From: Octopus sinensis
Lineage: Eukaryota
Assembly (NCBI RefSeq): GCF_006345805.1
Contig: NC_043000.1
Location: 81,964,001 to 82,028,000, forward strand
Length of the DNA stretch: 64,000 bases
Direction: 5' to 3'
Under the pieces are notes generated by a model. It made no database searches. It was not told the origin of the DNA and saw only the letters and a list, made by a program, of their open reading frames with translations. Each line of letters begins with the position of its first letter. Position 1 is the stretch's first letter. The position numbers and the translations under genes are program-made. This document shows positions 25,448-38,119 of the stretch, piece by piece.

Positions 25448-27559
25448 CGAGAGGAAGGAAAGAAAAGGAGGAAAAATATTTTTTAAGCGTAAAAGAAAGA
25501 AAAACGATGAAGTAATCCGGTAAGAAGAAGAAGCGAAAAGAAAGACGTGTTCAGGGAGGAGTGAAAAACAAGAGAAATCCGTGAAAAATAATATACAATA
25601 AATCATTGATGTAAAAAAATATACATATAACAATGGTGAAAAGTCTGTGGAGATTACATAAATGGTGCAAAGTTCTAGAAGGTAGGAATTATAAGCGAAA
25701 AGTAAGCAAATGAGGTGTTAACGATTGTGGAAGTTTTTAGATAGTTCATAACAGAAGAAAGAAAAAAGTGTTTTAAAAACATTTTTACACCATTCGATGG
25801 AGCCTAGGAATCCAAAGATGGTAAAAATGAAAAATTCTAGAGGCAAATATTGCAAGGGAAAAACAGCTGAAGAGCGTTAAGTGGGAACTTGTAGCATGGC
25901 AAAATATGGTAGATTTGCGGAGGGAAGGAAAAAGAAGAGGAGGAACATCCCGTTAGGAAGGAGAAGGAAGTCAAATGGAGGTAAGAAGTTGAAAAGAATA
26001 TGAAGTGTGTGTGTGTATCGTTGGCGAGTTAAAGAGTTGGTGGCAGGTTAAAAGTAGCAAAGTGGTAATTGACTGGTAGGAAGAAGGTGCGTGACTGAAT
26101 GAGAAAACATGTGTGTGAGTGAGTGTACGTGCATGTGTGTGTGTGTGTGTGTGTGTACTTGTGCATGTGTGAATTAGAAAACGAGTGCGTGTGCGAACGT
26201 ATGTACATGTGTGTATTTGTTGCGTGTAAGTGAATGCAAAAAATGTGTGATAATACTAGTGAGTATTCGTCAGGGAAAGATGATGGGAAATTAGGAATAA
26301 GTATGTATGTATATGTTGTGAACATGCTTCTGTACGTGAGGTGTAAAGGATGCAATATGGTGGGAGAGATGAGGTGTGAGAGATGTAATTGTGTGGGTAG
26401 GCGGTGGGTGTATATGTGGAAACGGTGTTAGTGTGTTGAAGGTATATGTGTAGATGTGAGATGCGGGTAGCAGAGGAGAGTATAGGTGTCAATTGAGTGC
26501 ACGGTAGCAGGCGAAGGAGGGGAAGGAGAAAGGTAAAGGGAAGGTAATAAAGTGAGGGAGTGGGGCTGGGAGAAAAAGAGATTAAAAGAATTGAGGTGGA
26601 GAATTCAGACCCAAAGCATATATGTTTGGAGAGAGAAAATGAGGTAGGATGTTTGGAGAGAGAAAAGTGGTAGGTTATGCGGTGGGTGAGAGAAGTCACG
26701 CCAAAGACCGAGAGGTGTTAGGTGGAATGGTCAGTGGAGCGTAAATGTAGTGACAGGCGACCTGTTGTCAAGTCGCGTGGCTTTGAGATGTTCCGTGACC
26801 TGTCACCCAGTAGGCAAACATAGAAGAATTTAGTTAAATAGGGAACAGTAGATGAAAGTATATAAGGGTAGTGAGTGACTAATAGTGTTTTGATGGGGGT
26901 GGGGCAGTACCTAGTAGCTTATTTCTCTGTAAGTAAAGTGAAGTGACATAAATATATAATTCTTTTAAGGAATACGGAAGGGTAGCTATAAAGTCATAAA
27001 TAATGTAGATAACATTGAGATGCATAAACCTATAATTAAATGTTTATAAATTTGTTGAGGAAACGAGAGAAGAATACTTCCACTTTTAGCAGTAATAAAT
27101 ACACTGGGTGGGGTGTGGAATATTGAGTCAATTTTCTCCAATTTTGAGAACAATGTCAAATAAAAACCAATATGTATTAGTTAACATGGAATTACAATCT
27201 CAAAAATTGCATCATGATTCTGATGAGAACGTCTGAAGATTGAGAGGCAATTTTGAATGCGCGTTTCATACATACATAATCATATTTGAATGAATCTGAA
27301 ATTTCTATATTTGGTTGGGCATAATATATCATCCACAAATGGAGCAAAATTCAGAGCAGTACTTGGATGAAAGTATAACAAATAGTAGGTTAATGTTGAA
27401 AACAATCAGTAAAGAAGTATGTGTGAGACATCTGAAGTAAAAAAAAAAAAAAGACTCAATCTTCATCAAAATAAAGAAAACAACAGTAATCATATTTACA
27501 GAACAACAGTCACTTGCAAGGTTAAATCAACTATGAAAATGTCTCCATTCGGTACACGG

Positions 27560-28330
27560 AGACCAGATTAAGCTGCACATTTTTCGCAGAACTCTTGGTT
27601 AACATCTGTTCCCCTTGGAATACACTTAGCCAAACATAATCATTATAAATGTCACACGGTAGCCAAACCTCGTTCTCCCCGCTTTTGTATCTGCTCCAAA
27701 GTCTCTTGCAGATGGAGCACTCAGCATCCTCTCCCTCTGAATCATCTGCACTACCATGCTCACCATTACTATTGTTATACTCTGTACCACCTGTTTTCTG
27801 ACATTTTGGAGCAAGTGACTTTCTTTCCTTTCCACTCTTAGACTTTTGTTGCTTCTTTAGTGCATTTTTTCTCTCTTTTCCTCTTGGAATAACGATGCAA
27901 TCATCTTACTGCTCCATTGATTTTGTGTAAATATCAATAGTTACATGAAACAATGCTGATAAACCACTTTAACGTAGTGCCACCTATTTGTAGAGTGTGA
28001 AAGACTTCTTTAGTTCTTCATTTCTTCTATTTATAGAATTCTGCGTGCTATGTCTTAAGTGATCCATTATACCCTCCTCCGCTGCAAGTGACCTATTATA
28101 CCCCACTTTTGAATTTCCTTAAATTTCCGAATTTCCAAGGATATTTTCTTTGCCCAACATAATATGGCAAACAGGATACTCTGAGTGTACCTCTAGTAAA
28201 AAATTAAAAAAACCCTAGATCTGCAGTACTTCTTTTTTAGCTCTGCAAAGTCTTGTTTGACGATACAAAAATTGGTTGGTCTTGTGACTTGAAAAAGAGT
28301 CACGAGGAGGAACACAACATTTATATTAGC
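27560..28330 (-). pseudogene. degenerate coding relic ending in a Cys-rich PHD-like finger, probably transposon-derived
   Basis: K-rich linker, acidic stretch, then ECSICKRLW...VWLPCDI.NDYV/.KCIP...FCEKC (one frameshift). In-frame stops upstream. Confidence 0.45.
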
Positions 28331-29559
28331 TGGAAAGATTCATTATGGCTGCTACATCATACTTCCTGGTTTGGACTTGAGAGAGAAAAATGATGAAAAT
28401 CTGACAAATGATCTATTATGTTACCGCTCCCCAATCTCGTAAAAAGTAAATTGGTTGGTCACTGCAACTAGTGATATTAGACCAGCAATAAGGTTACCAA
28501 CCGTCTTGTAAGTAAATTGTATATGAGGAATAAAAAAGAAGAGATAGAATAGGAAGACTATGAAAGGAGGTAGAAAGAAGAAAAGAAAGAGAGGAATATG
28601 AAGAAGAAGGAAGAGGAGAAAGCAGAAAAGGAGGAGCATATCAAAAGAAAAGAGTATATGAAGGAAATGTATATTCACTAAATTCTAACACTTAGAAAGA
28701 GACCTATTCTGAGATTATGGCCTCTTGCTGTTGAATAATTGTAAATTATTGAGGACTGTCAAAATCAGAAAGGACTAACGTGTATTCTTCAAATATTTAC
28801 TTTCATTGTTGAATCCAGTTTTCTGGCTTGACTACTCTGTTGAACCTTATAGTCCTCTTAATAAACAAGATAACCATCAAACGATATGCACTTAGTCCGT
28901 AATCAATCCTAAGATATAATTGATAATTTAGTTAAGACTAATTCGCATAGAATTTCCAACTTCTTGGCTAATACAAATTATTAATGAAACAACTATACTA
29001 TAATGAGCTATACTATAATGAAGCCCTAGAAGCAGTCATGAAGAGGAGATTTACTACGTAGCATCTATCACTCATTAACAGTAGAAATAGAACAAGAAAT
29101 ATGATGAAGTACAGTTTATTATTTATCTTAAATGTTGTTAATAAAAAAGCTGGACCAGTCTTCCACCTCCTTAGAAACCACTTCATTTATATCCCAGATA
29201 TTTTAGAAATTTTAACAAAATACTAATATATTATATTATAGTATATTATATCATATTATACCATTTTTTCACAAAACCTGGCGTCCAGATACCCACAAAA
29301 AAAGCTCGACTTTACTAGTTACTGGAATATATACAGGAATATTGATTGTAACTTCATCAACCCTTCAGACTTAATGACATAGTCAATCAATGCAATGTTA
29401 TCACTAATAATTCGACACGTATAACGGCATCTCATAACACATTGTATCCTTTATATTCAACCTTTCCTTCAATTTAAACTTCCTTTATTTGTAATAAGAA
29501 CACCCTTGTTTACAAATAGCCTCTTCCATTTTCAACCTTGAATTCAATCGACCACTTTT

Positions 29560-30166
29560 AATATTGGTACAAGGCCAGCAATTTCGGGGAGGGGATAAGT
29601 TGATTGCATCGAACCCCAGTGCTCAACGGATACTTATTTTATCGACCTCGAAAGAATTAATGGCAAAGTGAACTTCGGCGAAAATCTTTTGAGCTCAGAA
29701 CGTAAAGACGGACGAAATGCCGCTAAACACTTTGCCCGGTGTGCCAACAACTCTACCAGCTGACCGCCTCAACAGCTAGTAATATTGATTTCAAAGTTTG
29801 GTACAAGTCCAGCAATTTCAGGGCTGGGAGTTAGTCGATTATCTTGATTTCAGTGTTCAACCGGTACTTATTTTATCGACTCTGAAAGGATAAAAGACGA
29901 AGTCGACCTTCGTGGAATTTGAACTCAGAACTTGAAGACGGACGAAATGTCATTAAGCATTTCGCCCGGTGTGTTAGCAATTCTGCCAGCTCGCCGCCTT
30001 AACAACTCATAATATTGGTTTCAAATTTTTGGCACAAGGCCAGTAACATCTGGGGAAGGGGGAAGTTGATTAGGTCGACCCCAGTACTTGAGTGGTACTT
30101 AATCTATCAACCTTGAAAGGATGAAAGGTAAAGTCAACCTCGATGGAATTTGGACTCAGAACGTAA
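29560..30166 (-). mobile_element. three tandem degenerate SINE family A copies
   Basis: Repeated GGCACAAGGCCAGCAATT...GAACTCAGAAC...GCCAGCTCGCCGCC pattern. Confidence 0.8.
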
Positions 30167-30498
30167 CCCCTAACCTGGTGCTCCGTCGGTTACGACGACG
30201 AGAGTTCCAGTTGATCCATTCAACGGAACGGCCTGCTCATAAAATTAACGTGTAAGTGGCTGAGCACTCCACAGACACGCGAACCCTTAAGGTAGTTCTC
30301 AGGAAGATTCAGCGTGACACAATGTGACAAGGCTGGCTCTTTGAAATACAGATACAACTCATTTTTGCCAGCTGAGTGAACTGGAGCAATCTGAAATAAA
30401 GTGTCTTTTTCAAGGACACAACGCACCGGCGGGAATCGAACTTTCGACCAAACGATCGTGAACCGAATACCCTAACTATTAAGCTATGCACCTTCACC
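30167..30498 (-). mobile_element. SINE family D nested in a family A copy with 10-bp TSD
   Basis: tRNA-like head, core GCGTTGTGTCCTTGA..AAGACACTT. Flanked by CAGAACGTAA at 30157-30166 and 30499-30508. Confidence 0.8.
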
Positions 30499-30555
30499 CA
30501 GAACGTAAAAATGGATGAAATGCCACTAAGCATTTTACCCGGCGTGTTAACGATT

Positions 30556-30960
30556 CTTATTTCTTTATTGCCCACAAGAGGCTAGACATAGAGGGGACAA
30601 ACAAGGACAGACAGAGGGATTAGTCGATTACATCGACCCCAGTGCATAACAGGTACTTAATTTATTGACCCCGAAAGGCTGAAAGGCAAAGTCGACCTCG
30701 GCGGAATTTGAACTCAGAACGTAGCGTATTTCTTTATTACCCACAAGGGGCTAAACATGGAGTGGACAAACAAGGATAGACAAAGGGATTAAGTCGATTA
30801 TATTGACCCCAGTGCGTAACTGGTACTTAATTTATCGACCCCGAAAGAATGAAAGGCAAAGTCGACCTCGGCAGAATTTGAACTCAGAACGTAACGGCAG
30901 ACGAAATACCGCTAAGAATTCCGTCCGACGTGCTAACGATTCTGCCAGCTCGCCGCCTTA
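30556..30960 (-). mobile_element. SINE family A composite (two Tx1-tailed bodies)
   Basis: Same architecture as 9116-9526. Confidence 0.85.
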
Positions 30961-30988
30961 ACAACTCGTAATATTAACTCTCCATTCA

Positions 30989-31386
30989 AGGCGGTGAGCT
31001 GGCAGAAACGTTAGCACGCTGGGCCAAATTCTTAGCGGTATTTCGTCTGCCGCTACGTTCTGAGTTCAAATTCCGCCGACGTCGACTTTGCCTTTCATCC
31101 TTTCGGGGTCGATTAAATAAGTACCAGTTACACACTGGGGTCGATATAATCGACTTAATCCGTTTGTCTGTCCTTGTTTGTCCTCTCTATGTTTAGCCCC
31201 TTGTGGGTAGTAAAGAAATAGGTATTTCGTCCGTCTTCATATCCTGAGTTCAAATTCTGCCGAGGTCGACTTTGCCTTTCATCCTTTCGGAGTCGTTAAG
31301 TACCAGTTGCGTACTGGAGTCGATCTAATCGACTCGCACCCTCCCCCTAAATTTCGGGCCTTGTGCCTAGAGTAGAAAAGAATATT
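30989..31386 (+). mobile_element. SINE family A composite
   Basis: Head GGCGGTGAGCTGGCAGAAACG, Tx1-like cassette ending 31220, second body with native tail. Head-to-head with the previous copy. Confidence 0.85.
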
Positions 31387-32196
31387 AACACTCCATTTCA
31401 CTTGAACAGATAGTATTAATTACAACGTGATGAAAAGTTATTTTTTTCCGAAGCCTAGCGCAACGATGAATTTCATTTATAATTCTGTGGCTAACCTGAG
31501 GCTAGGATAGAATAATACTTGCCTAAGGTGCGACGGAGTAGGGATGAACAAGAAACTTTGTAGTACAACGCTACCTTTATAAACATATAGCCTGATCTAC
31601 GTTGCAGTTGAGATGAGACTTATGTCTTGAGCAGACCCATGATGAAATGCGCTTTAGCTCTATCTCATAATTTTGTGTACCTAGTACCTATATGTGTCCT
31701 TGTGTTTTTTAAAGCAGTAAAATAGGTTTATGGGAATCTGATTGCTTTTTCGAGCAACTGCGAAGAGTCTCCTTTGTAAGCTTGTTAATGTTAGTGTCTT
31801 TATGTTCCAGAAAACCAGAAAGCTATATTTAGGAGACAGAGGAAGGAAGAGAAGATGTAACGAGACAGCAGAATGTGTTGTTCGTTGCTTGGGTTTAACA
31901 AATTAAAATATCTTTCGACGCTTCACGAAACCAATCTAGACTGCTTGCTTGTTCATCTTTCACTTCTTTCTCCACCACAAATCTTACACCTACGGAAAAA
32001 AAAAACAGAAAAGCAAAACAATTAATCAACCAGACTAATTTATCATTTCTATCAATAAGCTAACAGCAACAACAAAAAGAAAAAAAGGAGAAAAAAAGAT
32101 AAGCAGCAACAACAACGACAATAGCAGCAGCAGTGACAGGCAACAATAACTAAAGCGACAGCAGTAACGCCACGGTCACCACAGGAAGACCCCCCC

Positions 32197-32227
<31 letters not shown>

Positions 32228-33432
32228 AATAACTATAACAGCAACATCAGCAATAGTTGCAAGAGTAGCATCAATGACAGGCTTCAGCAGCGGTAGCATC
32301 AGCAGCAACTATCCAAAAACCGACTTAAACATTATGGTCAGCTCATTTGGTCGATCCTCTTTCTAGAAATAGTAGCTGAATATATATCAAATCCCACCTT
32401 ACCATGTTAAATGAGGGAAAACAAAGTGCATAAATTGAATAATGGAGTCCTAGATATATTTTATTTGAAAAATGATAGAATGGTGATGACTGTAATGTCT
32501 TTTACCAAAGGTCTGTTTAGTCAGAGTTGACCTGGGGTTAAATAACAACAACAACAATAATAATGATTTCAAATTTTGTACAAGGCCAGCAATTTGTGGA
32601 AAGCGGATAAGTCGATTGCATCGACTCCAATACTCAACTGGTACTTATTTTATCGACTCCGAATGGATGAAAGGTAAGGTGATCTCGGCAGAATTTGAAC
32701 TCAGAACGTGACGACAATAACGATAATAATGATAATAATGATTTTAAATTTCGGCACAAAGGGATAGGCAAGTCGATTACATCTATCCCAGTGCTCAAAG
32801 GTACTTATTTTATCGAAACGGAAAGGACTAAAGGCAAAGACGACCTCAGCCGAATAAAGATGGATGAAATGCCGCTAAGCACGTTGTTTGGCACGCTCAC
32901 CGCCTTAGCAACAATAATAACAATCCTTTCTACTACAGGTACAAGGCTTGAAATTTTAGAGATGGGGAGCTCATCGATTACATCGACCCTAGGGTTCAAC
33001 TGATGATTGTTTCATCGATCCCGAAAGGATGAAATTAACAATAATATCATTGCAGTAAACTACATCAATTCATGCCCGTTGCTTAAGGGGTGCACTGGAT
33101 GGCACTGCCCCCTCACTATTCAATTGTGCACCTCCAGGTTTACAGTGATACACTTATTTCGAAATTCTAAATTAGGACCCACCCAGAATATTCTGAAGCA
33201 CCCCTAGTCGCCAAAGTCAATAACAGAAATTTCAACAAATGATTAACAAAGGATGCTGTAAAATCATTATCTCAAGATATGACCAAAAATATTTATTACA
33301 TCACATGTCTGAGAAAAATATTACACAAGAAATCGGCAGCATGTACTTTCATGTATTTATATTAATATACATATATGTGTGTGTGTATCCATGTATATAT
33401 AACAGAAAAGTCTAATTCTTCAATTGAATGTA

Positions 33433-33460
33433 GCCGGGCAACGCCGGGTATCTCTGCTAA
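33433..33460 (+). mobile_element. isolated Helitron 3' end
   Basis: GCCGGGCAACGCCGGG hairpin followed 8 nt later by CTAA|T. Confidence 0.55.
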
Positions 33461-33914
33461 TTTCCTATAAAAATCTTCCCCCAAATGCATATAAATCTGA
33501 TATAGTTGTTTGGTATAGAAATGATAAAATTAATTATAGTTATAGAGATCAGCTAGCCTGTAGGTGTAAGCATTTCTTATAAAACCAGCAAGGAAGAGGA
33601 TATTTTGGATAGCTTGCAGTTTCTCCACCAGCATTATAAACTTAAATTTATACCTGTAATTCTAGGTGTCCTTGGTTACGTTGCTGAATGTCAGTTTGAT
33701 AATCTAAAACATCTGGAGTGTAAAAAAAAAAAAGAAAAAACACCATCTAACACACACTTTCCATCCAAATTATATGTTTTAGTAGACCACTAAAAAAATG
33801 CAGAATTTTTCTTAAATTCAGTAAATACTTCGCAGTTACTGTTACCTAAATTCCATAAGTGGAGGGGGGTTTTTCGTAGCTAGAAACTAATTTCTTTATA
33901 GGACAAACACGAAG

Positions 33915-34405
33915 ATGAGTCGAGGTGTGGTTAAGAAACTTGCTTTCCAACAATGATCTTTCGGTTCAGTCTCACTGCGTGGCATCTTGAGTAATGATCC
34001 ATGTGAATGGATTTGTAGCCGTAAACTGAAAGAAGCTTGTATATACGTACATACATACGTACGTACGTACGTACGTACGTACGTACGTACGTATGTATGT
34101 ATGTATGTATGTATGTATGTATGTATGTATGTATGTATGTATGTATGTATATATGTGTTTGTTTCCTACAATCGCTTGATAATCGATGCTGGTTTGTTTA
34201 TGTTCCCGTAACCTGGCGATCCGGCAAAAAAGACCGATAGTAAAAGTACCAGGTTTAATAAATAAATAAATACATACTTTTATGTATATGTATATAATTA
34301 TATATATATATATATAGGTGCTGGAGTCAATTTGTTCGTCCAAACCTTTCAGGGTTTGCCCCAACATGGTTGTAGTCCAATGACTGAAACAAGGAAAAGA
34401 TAAAA
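33915..34405 (+). mobile_element. degenerate SINE family B with internal (TACG)n/(TATG)n
   Basis: Head remnants and tail GACTGAAACAAGGAAAAGA. Confidence 0.75.
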
Positions 34406-35383
34406 AATTTTTTTTAAATAATGGAATTGAAAACTTAGTTGAATGTACTTTTAACGCTGTGATGGCTTTGCTGGGGAAAACAAAGCAAAAGAATCCACCA
34501 AAGACATTTAAACACGTATGAACTGTGAGTGAAATTAACCAGTTTTACTCTTACATTTTCTCAATTAGTGTCGCACTGCAATACTCAAGGCTCTGATTAA
34601 AATTGCAATATTTCAATGGACATTCGTAAGAATAGTTGTAATTATGGCATGATTTTCTTTATATTTTTGTCTTTTCATTTTAAATCAAACATTCAAAATT
34701 AATTATATTTCATTTTGTTTTATCGAAATAATGTTTTGTCATTAATTTCTTGAATTTTAACCTGTTTCTGTTTAACTTTGAGGGGTGACGGGAAGAGGGG
34801 AACTATATTTTTCTTACAAGTGGTGATGGTGTGAAAGAACTAAAGTGCAACTGGGAAACACAGAAAATCTGAGAGTATTTATGCAATCTGTATGCCTGCT
34901 AGAAATACTAGCCAAATTTCATTTGAATTGCACCATATCGTCTTGAAAAGAGAGGGACACAATGGATAATGTCCTTCCTTAAAGATAGGGAAAAAGATGT
35001 GGTAGAAATGAATGGAATGTCTTTGACCATAATGTTGCTCAATGGGGGATGGCCTAGAGCTAAACAAAAACAACAGCGACAAAACAACAATAGCAACAGT
35101 AACAACAACAAAAGCAGCAGCAGAATCAGAAGAATCAGCCACAACAATAACAACTGAAACAACAACAGCAGCCAAAATAACTGTAAGGGGCCCAGTGTTA
35201 CTATGTGCAGAGTGAGTGAGACTAACTATAGATATGGTGTCACAATTTTTATAATTGGACGCCATGTAATAGTAAGGTGTTGGTATAGTCTATCCAGGAG
35301 ACTATAGTATTTATAAGCTATACAGCAGTAATTAAAAATAGGTGCTCAATAACTTTACACTAAGGAGTGGAACATGCAATTTC

Positions 35384-35659
35384 CTATAAGTCAGACCACT
35401 TCACGATCCCGGTAGACAAGATGAAAAGGGCGTTGCCCCAGAGGATGGCGAGGGAGATGCGCTGGAACAGCCACTCTGACACACGGGGTTCGCACTTGCG
35501 AACAACCATCTCTGCCTCGATAACGGTGAGCAGAGATATGGTCCGGGGGCCGACAATACCGGTAGTCTCCACAGCCACAGGCTCGACAATGAGCCTGTAA
35601 CTGATGATGCTCAACATGGTCATGAGAATAAAGTGGAGGAGACATTGGACAATGTAGTT
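35384..35659 (-). CDS. candidate terminal coding exon of a multi-pass membrane protein (Cys-loop ligand-gated ion channel M3-M4-like)
   Basis: Preceded by acceptor ATATTTTTGTATATTTAG. 91 open codons then TAG, with strongly C/G-ending codons in an AT-rich background. Two hydrophobic segments (YIVQCLLHFILMTMLSIISYRL; WLFQRISLAILWGNALFILSTGIVKW). Coding status is fairly likely; the family identity is inference. Confidence 0.6.
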   Translation of the reverse strand, partial: NYIVQCLLHFILMTMLSIISYRLIVEPVAVETTGIVGPRTISLLTVIEAEMVVRKCEPRVSEWLFQRISLAILWGNALFILSTGIVKWSDL

Positions 35660-36691
35660 CTAAATATACAAAAATATGGACTGATCACGTTTGGACCGTC
35701 ATTGATCATTCAAGGCAGATCTGGGATTCAACAACAATAATGTATGACATACGGCCCAGAATTACCGTCTGTGCCATTCCACATTGTAAGAGGACTTTTA
35801 CAGTGGTTGTAATAGTGGTGGTAGTATCCTCTGCTGTTGCGGTGGTAGTGGTTGTGATGGTAATGATGACTGAGCTGAGAGCGATGGTATTTAAGACAAT
35901 GGTGATGATAAAAGAAACACATGATTGGGGGATGCTGATGTTATGCTGATGCCCTAATGCTGTGTTGCTCATAATGGTGGCTGTGAGGACTGAAAATGGG
36001 GAGGACAACTTTACTGTTTGTTAAAGATGACTAAATATTTAACTTACCCAACACCATGGCGAAGGGTAAAAAAAAAAATTACACGGACGAAAATTCCGTC
36101 CTGTCATCTAATCAATAAAGAGGCCGGTCGGGCAGCCACTTTTCATTAATAGATATCGCTGGGGTCTGGTATTTACCAGTGGGAGAACCGCTTTGCTAAT
36201 GACATAGCCTTTTTGTAGCCCCTACTTTGAGACTAATTTGATGTAGACAAGTCCCTAGACAGCGTTTTCCCCTTCCCCTGCCAAGAATCCGTCTCTCCAG
36301 AGCCAGAACCACATTACCACTCTAGTTGTTAAATCCTCATTATTGCAGGTCAGAAAGGTTCATAAAGATTCACTCAAAGGTCACTGGCGAAGGGGTTAGG
36401 TGTTACAAAAATTTGGTGATAGCGATAGTGGTGGTGGGGAGTTAGTTGTTGATGATGGTGATGGTAATGAACGTAGGGGTTATCATTGTGGTGGTAATGA
36501 TAATGATGATGATGATGATGATGATGATGTGATGGTCGTGGTTGGTGTTAAACGTAGTATTGTATCGATGGTATAAAGAAATATATGAATATATAAAATA
36601 TATTATAATATATAGAATGTATTATAATATATAGAATGTATTATCGTAATATATAATATAGTTTTGTCGTTGTTGTTGTTATTGTTTATAT

Positions 36692-36905
36692 AAGGCGGCA
36701 TGCTAGTAGAATCGTTAGCCTGCCGGACAAAATGCTAAGCAGTGTTCGTCCAACTTTACGTTCTGAATTCAAATTCCGCCAAGGTCGATTTTGCCTTCCA
36801 TCGTTTCGAGGTCGATAAAGTAAGAAGCAGATAAGTACTGGGGTCGATGCAATTGACTTACCAACCTCCGCCGAAATTGCTGGCCCCATGCCATGATTTG
36901 AAACC
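36692..36905 (+). mobile_element. SINE family A
   Basis: Head AAGGCGGCATGCTAGTAGAATCGTTAGC, native tail GATTTGAAACCATTATT. Confidence 0.75.
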
Positions 36906-36918
36906 ATTATTATTATTA

Positions 36919-37080
36919 GGCGCAGGAGCGGCTGTGTGGTAAGATGCTTGCTTTTCAACCACACGGTTCTGTGTTCAGTCCCACTGCGTGGCACCTTGGG
37001 CAAGTGTCTTCTACTATAGCTCCGGGCCGACCAAAACCGTGTGAGTGGATTTGGTAGACGGAAACTGAAAGAAGCCCGTC

Positions 37081-37154
<74 letters not shown>

Positions 37155-37372
37155 TATGTGTCTGTCTTAGTGTCTGTGTTGTTCCCCCCACCGTCGCTTG
37201 ACAACCGATGTTGGTGTGTTTATGTCCCTGTAACTTAGCTGTTCGTCAAAAGAGGCCGATAGAATAAGTACCAAGATTACAAAGAATAAGTCCTGGGGTC
37301 GATTTGTTCGATTAAAGGCGGTGCTCCAACATGGTCACAGTCAAATGACAAACAAGTAAAAGAGAAAATGAG
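36919..37372 (+). mobile_element. SINE family B, full length
   Basis: GGCGCAGGAGCGGCTGTGTGGTAAG...internal (TA)n...CAAGTAAAAGAG. Confidence 0.9.
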
Positions 37373-37394
37373 TAATACATACATAAATACATAT

Positions 37395-37620
37395 ATATCT
37401 TTTATCTTTTACTTGTTTCAGTCAGAGGACAGCGGCCATGCTGGAGCATTGCTGTGAAGAGTTTAGTAGAACAAATTGATCCCAGTACTTATTTCTTTCT
37501 CAGCCTGCTGGTTATTCTATCGATCCCTTTCTTTCCAAACCTCTAACTTACGGAGACATCAAGAAGCCAGCATCGGTTATCAAGTTGTGGTAGGGGACAA
37601 ACACAAACACGAAGTCACAC
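37395..37620 (-). mobile_element. SINE family B 3' half (tail-to-tail with previous copy)
   Basis: TCTTTTACTTGTTTCAGTCA...GGCCATGCTGGAGCA. Confidence 0.75.
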
Positions 37621-37904
37621 ATATAATACTTTTTGTCTATTTATATCCATTCATTTAGAACTATGAGTTTATACCTGTAAAGGAATTTTATGCTATGGGG
37701 TAAACTTATAAGGTTTGTTCATACAGGCCTACGTAGTTCTACATATCGCTATATGCCAATTCACGTACAATAATTCAAACAATAACTAGGAATTCTACAC
37801 AAGAGATATATTAAATATTAATTTTATACTTACACCTCCTAAGTGCATATGTGTTTATACATAATGATATATACTTCTATTCTATGGTAATTTCACTTTT
37901 AACC

Positions 37905-37935
<31 letters not shown>

Positions 37936-37956
37936 ATAAACATAGATACATCAATA

Positions 37957-37959
<3 letters not shown>

Positions 37960-38028
<69 letters not shown>

Positions 38029-38070
38029 ACTACTACTACTAATAATAATAATAATAATAATAATAACAAT
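37960..38070. repeat. (TAC)n/(AAT)n microsatellite
   Basis: Directly visible. Confidence 0.95.
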
Positions 38071-38119
38071 ACATTTATATGTAAGTAAATTATTGATAGA
38101 ATATTAAATATCATGACTG

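Noticed and set aside
25450-27000. Purine-rich block truncating the Tc1 element, possibly an old CR1-type LINE 3' end on the minus strand
   Set aside because: No motif could be read convincingly, so it was left unannotated.
27217-27280. CTGATGA motif, and GAAACGCG on the opposite strand
   Set aside because: Core halves are not on the same strand with pairing stems.
30989-31075. tRNA-like heads with A/B boxes (also families B, C, D)
   Set aside because: They do not form full cloverleaves and continue into SINE bodies. Not tRNA genes.
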